DNA of 60,113 bases from Actinomycetota bacterium (GTDB lineage Bacteria; Actinomycetota; UBA4738; HRBIN12). Positions 8,275 through 18,504 of this stretch are shown piece by piece. Location of the stretch: assembly GCA_050692435.1 (NCBI GenBank), contig JBOGVG010000263.1:1-60113 (forward strand). The letters run 5' to 3'. A program made the position numbers and the translations under genes. A model generated the notes under the pieces. That model was given only the letters and a program-made list of their open reading frames with translations, was not told the origin of the DNA and did no database searches. The stretch's first letter is position 1; each line of letters starts with the position of its first letter.

Positions 8275-11200
8275 ATGTTCCTTCGATCCCTTCAGGTTCG
8301 AGGCTTCAAGTCGTTCGCCGACAAGACCGTCCTGGAGTTCGCCCCCGGCATAAGCGTCATCGTGGGCCCCAATGGGTCCGGCAAGTCGAACCTCGTGGAC
8401 GCCATCAGTTGGGTGCTGGGGGAGCAGGGTCCCCGGGCCATGCGCGGCGGCCAGATGATCGACGTCATCTTCGCCGGGAGCCCCCAGCGCCCCGCCCTCG
8501 GCATGGCAGAGGTGAAGCTGGTCATCGACAACTCGGCCGGGCTGATTCCGGTCCCCATGAGCGAGATCGAGATCAGCCGGGCCATCTACCGGAGCGGGGA
8601 CAGCGAGTACCGGATCGGTGGCCAAGTGGTGCGGCTCCTCGACGTTCAGGAGCTGATGTCGGAAAGCGGCATCGGCCGGGCCCTTCACACGATCGTGAGC
8701 CAGGGGCAGCTGGAGGACGTCCTCACGGCCCGGCCCGAGGAGCGCCGCCAGTACGTGGAGGAGGCCGCCGGCATCGCCAAGCACCGCCGCCGCCGGGAGC
8801 GGGCCGAACGGAAGCTGGCCGGCCTGGACCAGGATCTCCTGCGCCTTTCGGACGTGCTGGCCGAGCTCCGCCGGCAGCTCAAGCCGCTGAAGCAGCAGGC
8901 CGAGATGGCCCGGCGCCACGAGGAGCTCACCGCGGAGGCCGAGGCCCTCGCGGTGAAGCTTGCCGCCGCCCGTCTCCGCGACCTCCTGGTCGAACGGGAC
9001 CGCCGGAGGACCGGGTGGGACCAGGGCCTGGCCGAACGGCAGGCCGTGCGGGAACGGCTCGACGCCCTTGACGACGACGTGGCCGGAGCGGCCGACCGGC
9101 GGGCCCGGGCCGTGTGGGCCCTCCAGGAGGCCGAGGCGGTGCTCGGGGGGGGCCAGAAGGAGAAGTCCGGGGCCGAGGTCGCGCTCCGTCGGGCCGTGGA
9201 GGCCGAGTCCACGGCCCGGACCGAGCTGGCCGTCGAGGCCTCCCGACACGTCCGCCTGACGGCGATCGACGAGGACCTGGCCCGGCTGAAGTCCCGGCTG
9301 GTGGAGGTGGGCGCGGAGCTGGAGGAGCGGGAGGGGGACCTCGAGGAGGCGGAGCGCGACTTCCAGGAGGGCCGGGAGGCCCGCCGACAGGTAGAGGAGG
9401 AACGGCGGCGCATCGCCGAGGAGGCCGCGGCCCACCGGGCCCGGATGGAGACCCTTCGGACCTCGCTTGCCGCATATGAACGGGAGCGGGGTCGCCTCGC
9501 CGAGCACCTCCAGGGGGTCCGGGGGCGCCGGGAGGCGGCGGAGGCCGAGCGGGACCGCCTGGTCGAGACGATGGAGGGGCTCGACGCGGAGACGGCCCCA
9601 CTCTCCGAGCGGCGGGCCGAGCTGGAGCGGGAGCGCCACGGCCTGACCGACCAGGTGGCCGAGCTCGAGGAGTCGCTGCGGCGCCACGAGATGCGCCGCG
9701 ACATCCTGGAGGCCCGGAGGAAGGACCTGGTGGAGACGCCGGGGTGGAGGTTCCTCGGATCGCACCAGGGCCGGGGCCTGGGACTCCTCCGGGACATGGT
9801 CCAGGCCAAGCGGGGATGGGAGCGAGCCCTCGAAGCCGGACTCGGCCAATTCGCGGACGCGGTGGTTTACGAGGACGAGGCCGGGGCCATGGCCGACGCC
9901 CCGGAAGGTGACGGAGCCATCCTGGCCATCGCCGGAGGCGGGCCGGCGTCGTTCGTCCTCCCGGGAGAGCGCACGCTCCTCTCCTTGGTCTCGGCCGACC
10001 CTGCAGCCCGGGGCCTCGTGTGCACCGTGCTGAAGGAGGTCTACGTGGCGCAGAGCCTGGAGGAGGCGGCCGAGAAGCACCACCGGCATCCCAAGGCCGC
10101 ATTCGTGACGCGGGAGGGGGTGCTCGTCGGCACCGCAGCCATCAGGACGACGCCGGAGGGCGACTCTCGGGTCGCGGAGGTTGGCAAGGAGCTCGCGGTG
10201 GTCCAGCACGATCTGGCGCGGTCCGCCTCGGCCCTCCGCCCCAAGAGTGACCGGCTCGAGCGGATCGTCACCGAGCTCGCGGAGCTCGGCTCTTCGATCG
10301 AGCGGGCGGACTCCGAGATCACGGGGGCCGCGGAGCGGATGGCCCGGCTGGCGTCGGACCTCTCCGCCCTCGGCGGGGAGGAGGAGATCTTGGGCCAACG
10401 CCTGGCCGGCCTGGACGACGGGGCCGCCGCCTGGCGGGAGCGCCTTGCGGCGGCCGAGCCGGTCACCCACGAGCTCCCGGAGCTGCCTCGGGCGGCGGAG
10501 CCGCCCATCCATCAGCGAGTGGCGGTGGAGACCCTCCGGCGGGACCGGGCAAGCCTGGAGAACCGCCTCGCGACCGTTCGCTCGGACCTCCAGGCGCTGG
10601 CGGCCGAGGACCCCAGGGCGGTCCGGGCCGCGGTCGAGTCGGCCGAGGCCGAGCGGGCCGGGGCGGAGGAGCGGCTGCGGGTGGCCGAGGAGGCGCTGGA
10701 TGCAGCCTCCGCCCGCAGGAACCAGGCGGCGGAGGAGGAGCGGAGCGCCGCCGAGGCGGAGGGAAACGTGAACCGGGGGTGGCGAGAGGCCTCCCAGGAG
10801 CTGGAGCGTCTCCGCGAAGGGTACGAGGAGGGGGACCGGCTGCGGGGCGACCTGGAGCGGCGGATCCGCGACGCCGAACGGCTGCTCCGCGAGGGCCACC
10901 GGCGCGACCCCGGAGAGGCCGTGGCCGAGCTGACCGAGGAGGACACGGTCCACCCCGTGGAGCGCCGGGCCGAGCTGGTGCAACGGCGCCTAGGGTTCCT
11001 CGGCCGGGTCAACCTCCTGGCCGGGGGGGAGTTCGAGGCGCTCCAGGAGCGTCACGACTTCCTGGCCCGGGAGCTCGACGATGTAAAGAAGGCCCGGCGC
11101 GACCTCCTCGTGGTGATCCGACGGATCGACGAAGAGATCACGGTCACGTTCGAAGCGGCCTACCGCGACGTGGCCGCGGAGTTCGAGAACCTGTTCAAGG

Positions 11201-11670
11201 AGCTGTTCCCGGGAGGCGAGGGCCGCCTCGTTGCGACGGAGCCCGGGGACCTCCTCAACACCGGCATCGAGATCGAGCCCCGGCCCGGACGGAAGCGCGT
11301 GAAGCGCATCTCGCTGTTGTCGGGCGGCGAGCGCGCCCTCACCGCCCTGGCCTTCCTGTTCGCCATCTTCAAGGCTCGGCCCAGCCCGTTCTACCTCATG
11401 GACGAGGTGGAGCCGGCCTTGGACGATGTGAACCTGCACCGGTTCCTTCGGCTCATCGAGGGCTTCGCCGGTGATTCGCAGGTGCTGATCGTCACCCACC
11501 AGAAACGGACGATGGAGGTGGCCCAGATGATGTACGGGGTCTCGATGAGCAAGGAGGGGACGTCCAAGGTCGTGGGCCAGCGCCTCGACAACCCCCTGCC
11601 CGACCAGGGACCGGCCGCCGGGCCCGCCGAGAGGATCGCCGCGGTACCCGAGTCCGACGGCGTCCACTAG
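8275..11670 (+). CDS. smc: Chromosome partition protein Smc
   Basis: The ATG at 8275 gives MFLRSLQVRGFKSFADKT. Walker A GPNGSGKSN, long coiled coils, hinge, signature LSGGERALTALAFLFA, Walker B FYLMDEVEPALD. ftsY lies downstream. Confidence 0.94.
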   Translation: MFLRSLQVRGFKSFADKTVLEFAPGISVIVGPNGSGKSNLVDAISWVLGEQGPRAMRGGQMIDVIFAGSPQRPALGMAEVKLVIDNSAGLIPVPMSEIEISRAIYRSGDSEYRIGGQVVRLLDVQELMSESGIGRALHTIVSQGQLEDVLTARPEERRQYVEEAAGIAKHRRRRERAERKLAGLDQDLLRLSDVLAELRRQLKPLKQQAEMARRHEELTAEAEALAVKLAAARLRDLLVERDRRRTGWDQGLAERQAVRERLDALDDDVAGAADRRARAVWALQEAEAVLGGGQKEKSGAEVALRRAVEAESTARTELAVEASRHVRLTAIDEDLARLKSRLVEVGAELEEREGDLEEAERDFQEGREARRQVEEERRRIAEEAAAHRARMETLRTSLAAYERERGRLAEHLQGVRGRREAAEAERDRLVETMEGLDAETAPLSERRAELERERHGLTDQVAELEESLRRHEMRRDILEARRKDLVETPGWRFLGSHQGRGLGLLRDMVQAKRGWERALEAGLGQFADAVVYEDEAGAMADAPEGDGAILAIAGGGPASFVLPGERTLLSLVSADPAARGLVCTVLKEVYVAQSLEEAAEKHHRHPKAAFVTREGVLVGTAAIRTTPEGDSRVAEVGKELAVVQHDLARSASALRPKSDRLERIVTELAELGSSIERADSEITGAAERMARLASDLSALGGEEEILGQRLAGLDDGAAAWRERLAAAEPVTHELPELPRAAEPPIHQRVAVETLRRDRASLENRLATVRSDLQALAAEDPRAVRAAVESAEAERAGAEERLRVAEEALDAASARRNQAAEEERSAAEAEGNVNRGWREASQELERLREGYEEGDRLRGDLERRIRDAERLLREGHRRDPGEAVAELTEEDTVHPVERRAELVQRRLGFLGRVNLLAGGEFEALQERHDFLARELDDVKKARRDLLVVIRRIDEEITVTFEAAYRDVAAEFENLFKELFPGGEGRLVATEPGDLLNTGIEIEPRPGRKRVKRISLLSGGERALTALAFLFAIFKARPSPFYLMDEVEPALDDVNLHRFLRLIEGFAGDSQVLIVTHQKRTMEVAQMMYGVSMSKEGTSKVVGQRLDNPLPDQGPAAGPAERIAAVPESDGVH

Positions 11671-11681
11671 CCTGTAGCGCC

Positions 11682-12677
11682 GTGGACTTCCCGGTCCCGG
11701 GCCTGGTGGCCGTCGTCGCGATGGGTTTGTTGCTCGTCCTCGTCCTGTTCCTCTGGGGGCGCCGAGCGCGGTCGTCGCCGTCGGTCCCGTCGCACGGCGC
11801 TAAGACGTCCCCGCCGGCGAAGCCGGTGGGCGCCGGGCTGGGCGCCCGGGTCCGTGCGCTGTTCGCCGGACGATCGATGGGCGACCAGGACTGGGCCCTC
11901 CTCGAGGATCTGCTGGTGAAGGCCGATGTCGGCCCGGCCGTCGCCGCGACGATGGTGAGGGCGGTCCGGGAACGGTATGAGGAGGGCGCCGATCCCGCCG
12001 CGCTCCTGGAGGAAGAGATGGCCCGGATCCTGGGGGAGGACGGCGCGCTACACCTTCCCCCGGATCGCCTGGCAGTGCTGATGGTGGTTGGCGTGAACGG
12101 CGCCGGGAAGACCACGACCATCGGAAAGCTGGCGGCGCGCCTAGCCGGGGAGGGGCGGGACGTGAGCGTGGCGAACAGCGACACCTTCCGGGCGGCAGCC
12201 TCGGAGCAGCTCGACGTGTGGGCCAAACGGGCCGGAGTCCAGATGGTGTCGCAGCAGCGGGGGGCCGACCCGGGGGCGGTGGCCTTCGACGCCGTGCAGT
12301 CGGCCAGGGCTCGGAGTGTGGACGTCCTGATCGTGGACACGGCCGGGAGGCTGCACACCCGGACGCCGCTCATGGACGAGCTCCGGAAGGTGAAGCGGGT
12401 GTTGGAGAAGGCGGCGGGGCAGGTGGACGAGGTCCTGCTGGTCCTCGACGCCACCACCGGCCAGAACGGGATGGCCCAGGCCACCGCGTTCACCGAGGCC
12501 GTGGGGGTCACCGGGGTGGCCCTGGCCAAGCTCGACGGGACGGCGAAGGGCGGTATCGTGCTCGCGGTCAGGGAGCGGCTGGGGGTCCCGGTGAAGCTGG
12601 TGGGTACCGGTGAGAGCATCGGCGACCTCCAGGCATTCGACGCCCGGGCCTTCGCCCGGCGGATCCTGGGGGGCTGA
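11682..12677 (+). CDS. ftsY: Signal recognition particle receptor FtsY
   Basis: 331 aa. N-terminal TM segment, NG domain with GVNGAGKTTTIGKLA, DTAGRLH and TKLDGTAKGG. Confidence 0.94.
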   Translation: MDFPVPGLVAVVAMGLLLVLVLFLWGRRARSSPSVPSHGAKTSPPAKPVGAGLGARVRALFAGRSMGDQDWALLEDLLVKADVGPAVAATMVRAVRERYEEGADPAALLEEEMARILGEDGALHLPPDRLAVLMVVGVNGAGKTTTIGKLAARLAGEGRDVSVANSDTFRAAASEQLDVWAKRAGVQMVSQQRGADPGAVAFDAVQSARARSVDVLIVDTAGRLHTRTPLMDELRKVKRVLEKAAGQVDEVLLVLDATTGQNGMAQATAFTEAVGVTGVALAKLDGTAKGGIVLAVRERLGVPVKLVGTGESIGDLQAFDARAFARRILGG

Positions 12678-13067
12678 GTGTCGAAGGCGGACATCATGAT
12701 CGTGGAGGATCACCCGACCATGCGAGAGGCGATGCGCATGGTCCTGGAGCACGAGGGGTTCGACATACGCGAGGCGGGCGACGGCCAGGCCGCGCTGGCC
12801 ATGGTCCGGGAGCGGCCTCCCGACCTCCTGTTCCTGGACCTCAACATCCCCGGGACCAGCGGGGCGGAGGTCCTCCGGGTGCTGAAGTCGGACCCTGACA
12901 CGGCCGACGTCCGCGTGATCATCGTGACGGCCACCGGCGAGGAGGGACGCGACTACGTCTTGTCGCTCGGGGCCGACGAGTACTTCACCAAACCGTTCAG
13001 CCCGCTCGCGCTCCTTCGCACGGTGGAGAAGGTGCTGGAGCCCGGGTCGGCGGAAGGCGGCCCGTAG
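12678..13067 (+). CDS. Single-domain response regulator (CheY-like receiver only)
   Basis: 129 aa. The GTG start directly abuts the ftsY TGA. Acidic pair IVEDHP, phospho-acceptor LLFLDLNIPG, T in IIVTATG, K in YFTKPF. Confidence 0.85.
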   Translation: MSKADIMIVEDHPTMREAMRMVLEHEGFDIREAGDGQAALAMVRERPPDLLFLDLNIPGTSGAEVLRVLKSDPDTADVRVIIVTATGEEGRDYVLSLGADEYFTKPFSPLALLRTVEKVLEPGSAEGGP

Positions 13068-13070
13068 GCC

Positions 13071-14417
13071 ATGTTCGACGCGCTGACGGGTCGCCTCGAC
13101 GGCATCTTCAAGAAGCTCCGGTCCCGGGGGAAGCTCCACCCGAAACAGGTCGAGGGCGCGCTCGACGAGATGCGCACGGCCCTCCTCGAGGCCGACGTCT
13201 CGGTGGAGGTCGCCGAAGATCTGTTGTCGCGGGTCCGGGCCAGGGCGCTGTCCGAGGAGGTCATGAAGAGCCTGACCCCCGCCCAGCAGGTGATCAAAGT
13301 GGTGCGGGACGAGCTCCAGGCCACCATGGGCAGGACCCAGGCCGCGTTCACGCTCCCCTCGGCCAAGCCCGTCGTGATCATGGTGGCCGGCGTCCAGGGG
13401 TCGGGGAAGACCACGGCCTGCGCGAAGCTCGCGCGGATGCTGAAGGAGAAGGGGAAGCACCCGCTCCTGGTGGCCGCCGACCTCCAGCGCCCTGCCGCGG
13501 TCGAGCAGCTGTTCACCCTGGGCGGCGAGATCGGCGTTCCCGTCGTTTCCGAAGGAAGGGACGCCGTGAAGGTGTCGAAGGCCGCGCTGAAGCACGCCGA
13601 TCGCGAGGGCCTGGACGTGGTCATCGTCGACACGGCCGGCCGGCTCCACGTGGACGAGGAGATGATGAAAGAGGCCCGGCGAGTCAGGGAAGCCATCAAG
13701 CCCCACCACGTCCTGATGGCCTGTGACTCGATGACCGGCCAGGACGCGGTGGTGCAGGCCCGAGCGTTCATGCGCGAGATCGATACCACCGGGTTCGTCC
13801 TCACCAAGCTGGACGGCGACGCGCGTGGCGGCGCGGCGTTATCGATCACCGCCGTCACCGGGCGCCCGGTGTTCTTCGCCGGGACCGGGGAGCGGCCCGC
13901 CGACATCGAGCCGTTCCACCCGGACCGGATGGCGTCCCGGATCCTCGGCATGGGCGACATGCTCACGCTGATCGACAAGGCCCAGGAGACCCTCGACGCG
14001 GAGCGGGCCATGGAAGCGGCCGAGAAGATTGCCAGGGCCCAATTCACGCTGGAGGACTTCCTGGTCCAGATGCGGGAGATGCGAAAGCTCGGACCGCTCC
14101 AGGACCTGCTGGCCATGCTCCCCGGCGTCCCCGGGGGCAAGAACGCCCTGAAGGACCTGGCCGGGCAGGTGGACGAGGGGCAGCTCGCCCGGGCCGAGGC
14201 GGTCATCTGCTCAATGACCCCGGAGGAGCGCCGGAACCCCGCTATCATCGGTGGGTCCCGGCGCCTGCGGATCGCCCGCGGCTCGGGAGCGACCACGGCC
14301 GACGTGAACGCCCTGCTGAAGGAGTTCCAGGCGGCCAGGAAGATGATGCAGTCGATGATGGGCGGGAAGCGCATGCCCCGGATCCCGGGGATGCCGAAGA
14401 TGCCCGGGATGGGGTAG
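13071..14417 (+). CDS. ffh: Signal recognition particle protein Ffh
   Basis: 448 aa. [32 protein letters not shown], and a Met-rich M domain ([24 protein letters not shown]). Confidence 0.95.
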   Translation: MFDALTGRLDGIFKKLRSRGKLHPKQVEGALDEMRTALLEADVSVEVAEDLLSRVRARALSEEVMKSLTPAQQVIKVVRDELQATMGRTQAAFTLPSAKPVVIMVAGVQGSGKTTACAKLARMLKEKGKHPLLVAADLQRPAAVEQLFTLGGEIGVPVVSEGRDAVKVSKAALKHADREGLDVVIVDTAGRLHVDEEMMKEARRVREAIKPHHVLMACDSMTGQDAVVQARAFMREIDTTGFVLTKLDGDARGGAALSITAVTGRPVFFAGTGERPADIEPFHPDRMASRILGMGDMLTLIDKAQETLDAERAMEAAEKIARAQFTLEDFLVQMREMRKLGPLQDLLAMLPGVPGGKNALKDLAGQVDEGQLARAEAVICSMTPEERRNPAIIGGSRRLRIARGSGATTADVNALLKEFQAARKMMQSMMGGKRMPRIPGMPKMPGMG

Positions 14418-14425
14418 GAGAAGGT

Positions 14426-14710
14426 ATGGCGACCAGGATCAGGCTCCGCCGGATGGGCGCGAAGAAGCGCCCGTTCTACCGTGTGGTGGTGGCCGACCAG
14501 CGGAGCCCACGCGACGGCCGGTTCATCGAGATCATCGGGAAGTACCATCCGATGGACGAGCCGTCGGTGATCGAGATCGACGAGACGAAGGCCCTCGGCT
14601 GGCTCCGCAAGGGCGCGCAACCGAGCCAGACCGTCCAGGTCCTGCTGTCCAAGGCTGGCATCTGGGAGAAGTTCCAGGCGGAGAAGAAGGAGAGCAAGGC
14701 GGCTTCGTGA
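14426..14710 (+). CDS. rpsP: 30S ribosomal protein S16
   Basis: [35 protein letters not shown]; 94 aa. Confidence 0.94.
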   Translation: MATRIRLRRMGAKKRPFYRVVVADQRSPRDGRFIEIIGKYHPMDEPSVIEIDETKALGWLRKGAQPSQTVQVLLSKAGIWEKFQAEKKESKAAS

Positions 14711-14937
14711 AGGAGCTCCTCGAGTACATCGCGAGGGAGCTCGTCGAGAACCCCGACGCCGTAGAGGTCACCGAGGTCCACGACGACCGTGGGATCCTCC
14801 TCCAGCTCAGGGTCGACCCCGACGACATGGGCAAGGTCATCGGCAAGGGCGGACGAACGGCCCGAGCCATCCGTCAGGTGGTCAAGGCGGCCGCTCTGCG
14901 GGAAGGCACCCGCGCGGCCGTCGAGATCGTGGACTGA
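14707..14937 (+). CDS. KH-domain RNA-binding protein (YlqC/UPF0109)
   Basis: 76 aa. GTGA overlap with rpsP. KH core [15 protein letters not shown]. Conserved slot between rpsP and rimM. Confidence 0.88.
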   Translation: MKELLEYIARELVENPDAVEVTEVHDDRGILLQLRVDPDDMGKVIGKGGRTARAIRQVVKAAALREGTRAAVEIVD

Positions 14938-14938
14938 C

Positions 14939-15475
14939 ATGCGCGAGCCGACCGTGGCGGTCGGCCGCATTGGCCGTGCCCACGGCATCAAGGGCGAGGT
15001 CGCCGTACTGGTGCTCTCCGAGGTCGAAGGCCGTTTCGGCGACGGCGCGGCCGTGTATCTCGAGGACGGGCGGGTCCTCACCGTCGAGTCGGCCCGGCCG
15101 CACCGGGGCGGGCTGGTGGTCAAGTTCCGCGAGGTCCGCGACCGGAACCAGGCCGAGGAGTTGTCTCGCAGGGTGCTGGTGGTCCCGGAGTCGATGTCGC
15201 CCGAGCTCCCCGATGGCTCGTGGTGGGACCACCGGCTCGTGGGGTGCGAGGTGGTGACGGAGTCCGGGCGATCCCTCGGCACGCTTCGAGAGGTCATCCA
15301 CACCCAGGCGAACGACGTGTGGAGCGCGGTCGCGGAAGGTGGCGAGACGCTGATCCCGGCCCTGAAGGACGTGATCGTCTCGGTCGACGTCGCCGGCAAG
15401 CGGATCGTGGTCCGCGCGATCCCCGGCCTGACGGCCCCGGAAAACCTGAGCCCGCGGCCGAACCCTCGCTGCTAG
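14939..15475 (+). CDS. rimM: Ribosome maturation factor RimM
   Basis: The ATG at 14939 within ORF 14789-15475 gives MREPTVAVGRIGRAHGIKGEVAV, plus a PRC-barrel C-terminus. Confidence 0.9.
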   Translation: MREPTVAVGRIGRAHGIKGEVAVLVLSEVEGRFGDGAAVYLEDGRVLTVESARPHRGGLVVKFREVRDRNQAEELSRRVLVVPESMSPELPDGSWWDHRLVGCEVVTESGRSLGTLREVIHTQANDVWSAVAEGGETLIPALKDVIVSVDVAGKRIVVRAIPGLTAPENLSPRPNPRC

Positions 15476-15484
15476 CCTGCGCTT

Positions 15485-16156
15485 GTGCGGATCGATGTCC
15501 TCACCATCTTCCCCGGCATCTTCGAGAGCCCGCTCCGGGAGAGCCTGCTGGGCAAAGCTATCGACGCCGGCATCCTCGACGTGCGGGTCCACGACATCCG
15601 CGACTTCACCGCCGACAGGCACCGGCAGGTCGACGACGAGCCGTACGGCGGCGGGCCGGGCATGGTGATGAAGCCGGAGCCGGTCTTCGGGGCGGTCGAG
15701 TCGCTCGGCGAGGGATCGAAGCGCGTGATCCTGCTGTCGCCGGCGGGGCGTCGGTTGGACCAGGTCCTTGTCCGGGAGCTGTCGCTGGAGCCGTGGATGG
15801 TCCTTATCTGCGGCCGGTACGAGGGCGTCGACGAACGCGTCGTTGAGGGACTCCCGGCCGAGGAGGTCTCGATCGGCGACTACGTGCTCTCGGGCGGGGA
15901 GATGCCGACGCTCGCGTTGATCGAGGCGGTGACCCGTCTCGTGCCGGGCGTGGTGGGGAAGGAGGAATCGCTCGATCGGGAATCGTTCGAGGAAGAGATC
16001 CTGGACCATCCCCAGTACACCCGTCCCCAGGAGTTCCGAGGGATGTCGGTGCCCGACGTCCTGCTCTCGGGCAACCACGCCGAGGTGGAGCGGTGGCGGC
16101 GAGTGGCGGCCGTGGAGAAGACGCGCCGCAACCGTCCCGACCTGCTGAAAGGCTGA
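15485..16156 (+). CDS. trmD: tRNA (guanine37-N1)-methyltransferase TrmD
   Basis: 223 aa. VRIDVLTIFPGIFESP, GGGPGMVMKPEP, CGRYEGVDERV. Confidence 0.94.
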   Translation: MRIDVLTIFPGIFESPLRESLLGKAIDAGILDVRVHDIRDFTADRHRQVDDEPYGGGPGMVMKPEPVFGAVESLGEGSKRVILLSPAGRRLDQVLVRELSLEPWMVLICGRYEGVDERVVEGLPAEEVSIGDYVLSGGEMPTLALIEAVTRLVPGVVGKEESLDRESFEEEILDHPQYTRPQEFRGMSVPDVLLSGNHAEVERWRRVAAVEKTRRNRPDLLKG

Positions 16157-16198
16157 CCGGGAGCGACCGATCCGCCTGCTATCATCGGGACTCCCGCC

Positions 16199-16768
16199 AT
16201 GAACAAGACCGATCTCGTCGACAAGCTGTACCTTCGCACGGACCTCCCACCCTTCCGGCCCGGCGACACGGTGAAGGTCCACGTCCGGGTGGTCGAGGCC
16301 GGCCGCGAGCGCGTGCAGGTGTTCCAGGGGGTCGTGATCCGGCGCCAGGGCGGCGGCCTCCGGGAGACGTTCACCGTTCGAAAGATCTCCTTCGGCGTCG
16401 GCGTGGAGCGCACCTTCCCGCTCCACTCGCCCTCCATCGCCAAGCTCGAGGTGGCTTCGCGGGGCAAGGTCCGCCGGGCCAAGCTGTACTACCTGCGAGA
16501 ACGGCGGGGGAAGAAGGCCCGGATCCGGGAGCGCCGAGTCGAGGGCGAGGAACTCCTCGCCCTTCAGGCCCTCGAGGCCGATCGGGCGGAAGCCGACGCC
16601 GGGGGATCCGGCGATGCGAGGACAGCCGAACCGGAAACGGTCGAGGTCAGGGACGGCGTTATCCAAGAGAGCGCCGAACCGGCCGCCGAGACCGAAGAGG
16701 CTGGCGTCATCGACGCCGGCGTCGACGTGGCCGACGTCCGGGCCGCCGACGCCGAAAGCCGGAGCTAG
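16199..16768 (+). CDS. rplS: 50S ribosomal protein L19 with a roughly 75-aa acidic C-terminal extension
   Basis: The first ~115 aa are canonical L19 ([35 protein letters not shown]...TFTVRK). The ORF then continues to 189 aa with an E/D/A-rich tail. Confidence 0.9.
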   Translation: MNKTDLVDKLYLRTDLPPFRPGDTVKVHVRVVEAGRERVQVFQGVVIRRQGGGLRETFTVRKISFGVGVERTFPLHSPSIAKLEVASRGKVRRAKLYYLRERRGKKARIRERRVEGEELLALQALEADRAEADAGGSGDARTAEPETVEVRDGVIQESAEPAAETEEAGVIDAGVDVADVRAADAESRS

Positions 16769-16770
16769 GA

Positions 16771-17538
16771 GTGGCCGAGCCTCGGCCCGGCTCGCCCGAG
16801 CCGGCGAGCCCCGACCCGCCGACGACGGCGGCCGATCCCGTACGAGACCCCACAGCCCCGACCGGCGTCGCATCCGATCCCGCCCCGCGCGGGCTCGTGT
16901 CGAGGGATGGTGCGGCCGAGAGAACGTCGTCCACGAAGCCCACCCGCCGGGGCGTGCTCGCGTTCTTCCAGGAGCTCCCGGTCCTCATCGTCCTGGCGTT
17001 CGCGCTGGCGATCCTGCTCAAGACCTTCGTCATCCAGGCGTTTTTCATCCCATCGGGCTCGATGGAGCCCACGCTCGTGCCCGGCGACCGGGTCCTGGTG
17101 AACAAGGTGTTGCTCGAGGCGGACCGGGGGGACATCGTCGTCTTCGAGAACCCCCGTTCGGGAGAGGAGCCCGACCGCGGCATCATCGACGGCTTCGTGC
17201 ACTGGCTATCCGAGGGGCTCGGCTTCGCCCGTCCGGCGAACGAGGACTTCATCAAGCGGGTCGTCGGGCTGCCGGGGGAGACCGTGGAGATCCGCCGGCA
17301 CACCGTGTTCGTGGACGGGAAGGCCCTGGTCGAGCCGTACCTCACGCGGGACGCCGTTCGCTCGATGAGCGACTACGGGCCGAAGACGGTCCCGCCGGAC
17401 GCCCTGTTCGTCCTGGGCGACAACCGGGGAGCGTCATCCGACTCCAGGTTCTCGCTCGGGTTCGTCCCCCTCGATAGGGTCGTGGGGGAGGCGTTCGTCG
17501 TCATCTGGCCGCCCTCCCGTATCGGGTGGCTGCGCTAG
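16771..17538 (+). CDS. lepB: Signal peptidase I
   Basis: The GTG at 16771, 2 nt after the rplS stop, lies within ORF 16093-17538. TM segment, then the catalytic Ser box IPSGSMEPTL, KRVVGLPGE, GDNRGASSDSR. Confidence 0.88.
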   Translation: MAEPRPGSPEPASPDPPTTAADPVRDPTAPTGVASDPAPRGLVSRDGAAERTSSTKPTRRGVLAFFQELPVLIVLAFALAILLKTFVIQAFFIPSGSMEPTLVPGDRVLVNKVLLEADRGDIVVFENPRSGEEPDRGIIDGFVHWLSEGLGFARPANEDFIKRVVGLPGETVEIRRHTVFVDGKALVEPYLTRDAVRSMSDYGPKTVPPDALFVLGDNRGASSDSRFSLGFVPLDRVVGEAFVVIWPPSRIGWLR

Positions 17539-18173
17539 ACCTCGACCTCGGGCGCTACGAGCGCCAGCTGCGGGAGCAGGGCTTCCGCGCCATCGCCGGT
17601 ACGGACGAAGCCGGCCGTGGAGCGCTCGCCGGCCCCCTGGTCGCCGCGGCCGTCATCCTCCCCGAGGACTTCGATCTCGATGGCGTGAACGACTCGAAGG
17701 TCCTGACACCCCTCCAGCGCGACGACGCGTATGCCCGCATCGTTGCCGGAGCGCTGGCGTTCGCGGTGTGCAAGGCGACGCCGACCCGGATCGACCGCCG
17801 CGGGCTGCACCGGTCCAACCTGTGGCTGCTTCGGCGCGCCGTCTGCTCCCTCACCGTCCCGCCCGACTACGTGCTGATCGACGGCTTCCCGGTCCGCCCC
17901 CTGCCGGTCACGAGCCTCGCCATCAAGAAGGGCGACGCCGTGACGGCCTGCGTCGCCGCGGCGTCGATCGTGGCCAAGGTCACGAGGGACCGGATGATGG
18001 AGCGGTACCATCGGCGGTTCCGGGCGTACGGGTTCGACCACAACCGCGGGTACGGCACGCGCGAGCACTGGGACGTGCTGTCACGGCTCGGCCCGACGCC
18101 GATCCATCGCCTGTCGTTCAAGGGCGTGGGCGAGAACGGCACGGTGGACGTTGAAACCGTGGAGGACCCGTGA
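17526..18173 (+). CDS. rnhB: Ribonuclease HII
   Basis: 215 aa. GTDEAGRGALAGPLVAAAV active-site motif, DSKVLT. Confidence 0.93.
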   Translation: MAALDLDLGRYERQLREQGFRAIAGTDEAGRGALAGPLVAAAVILPEDFDLDGVNDSKVLTPLQRDDAYARIVAGALAFAVCKATPTRIDRRGLHRSNLWLLRRAVCSLTVPPDYVLIDGFPVRPLPVTSLAIKKGDAVTACVAAASIVAKVTRDRMMERYHRRFRAYGFDHNRGYGTREHWDVLSRLGPTPIHRLSFKGVGENGTVDVETVEDP

Positions 18174-18472
18174 ACGAGGGGGAGGACATCGAGCGGTTCG
18201 AAGAGGAGCGCGAGCTCGAGCTGTACCGGGAGTACCGCGACGTCCTTCCGATGTTCACCTACGTCGTGGAGACCGAGCGCCGGTTCTACCTGGCGAACCA
18301 GGTGGACGTGCGCCTGCGCGACGACGGATGGGTCGAGGTGGTGCTGGCTGACGCCTGGGTATGGGACATGTTCCGCCCGGCCCGGTTCGTCTCCAAGGTC
18401 CAGGTGATGACGCGCCGCGACGTGAACGTCGAGGAGCTCCGTCGCGACGAGACGATGCAACTCCCGGAGTGA
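18170..18472 (+). CDS. DUF2469 family protein
   Basis: 100 aa. GTGA overlap with rnhB. ERFEEERELELYREYRDVLPMFTYVVETERRFYLAN resembles the actinobacterial DUF2469 protein that follows rnhB. Confidence 0.8.
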   Translation: MNEGEDIERFEEERELELYREYRDVLPMFTYVVETERRFYLANQVDVRLRDDGWVEVVLADAWVWDMFRPARFVSKVQVMTRRDVNVEELRRDETMQLPE

Positions 18473-18504
18473 ATGTCGGCGGCCCCGGCTAGGCTCCGCC
18501 CGTC

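Noticed and set aside
8257-10983. 908-aa minus-strand ORF, plus several 100-390-aa ORFs, antisense to smc
   Set aside because: These are Arg/Pro/Gly-rich translations with no motifs, lying opposite a gene with an unambiguous SMC signature. Long stop-free antisense frames are expected at this GC content.
8275-11670. SMC-family ATPase as part of a defence system (Wadjet/Lamassu-like)
   Set aside because: It has canonical chromosomal Smc size and motifs, the acyP-smc-ftsY context, and no JetABCD-like or nuclease partners.
14882-16873. 663-aa minus-strand ORF across rimM-trmD-rplS, and similar ones at 12141-13709, 12953-14620, 24006-26057, 42146-44251 and 33813-35489
   Set aside because: All lie opposite well-supported conserved genes and show no recognisable domains. 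Treated as GC-driven artefacts.
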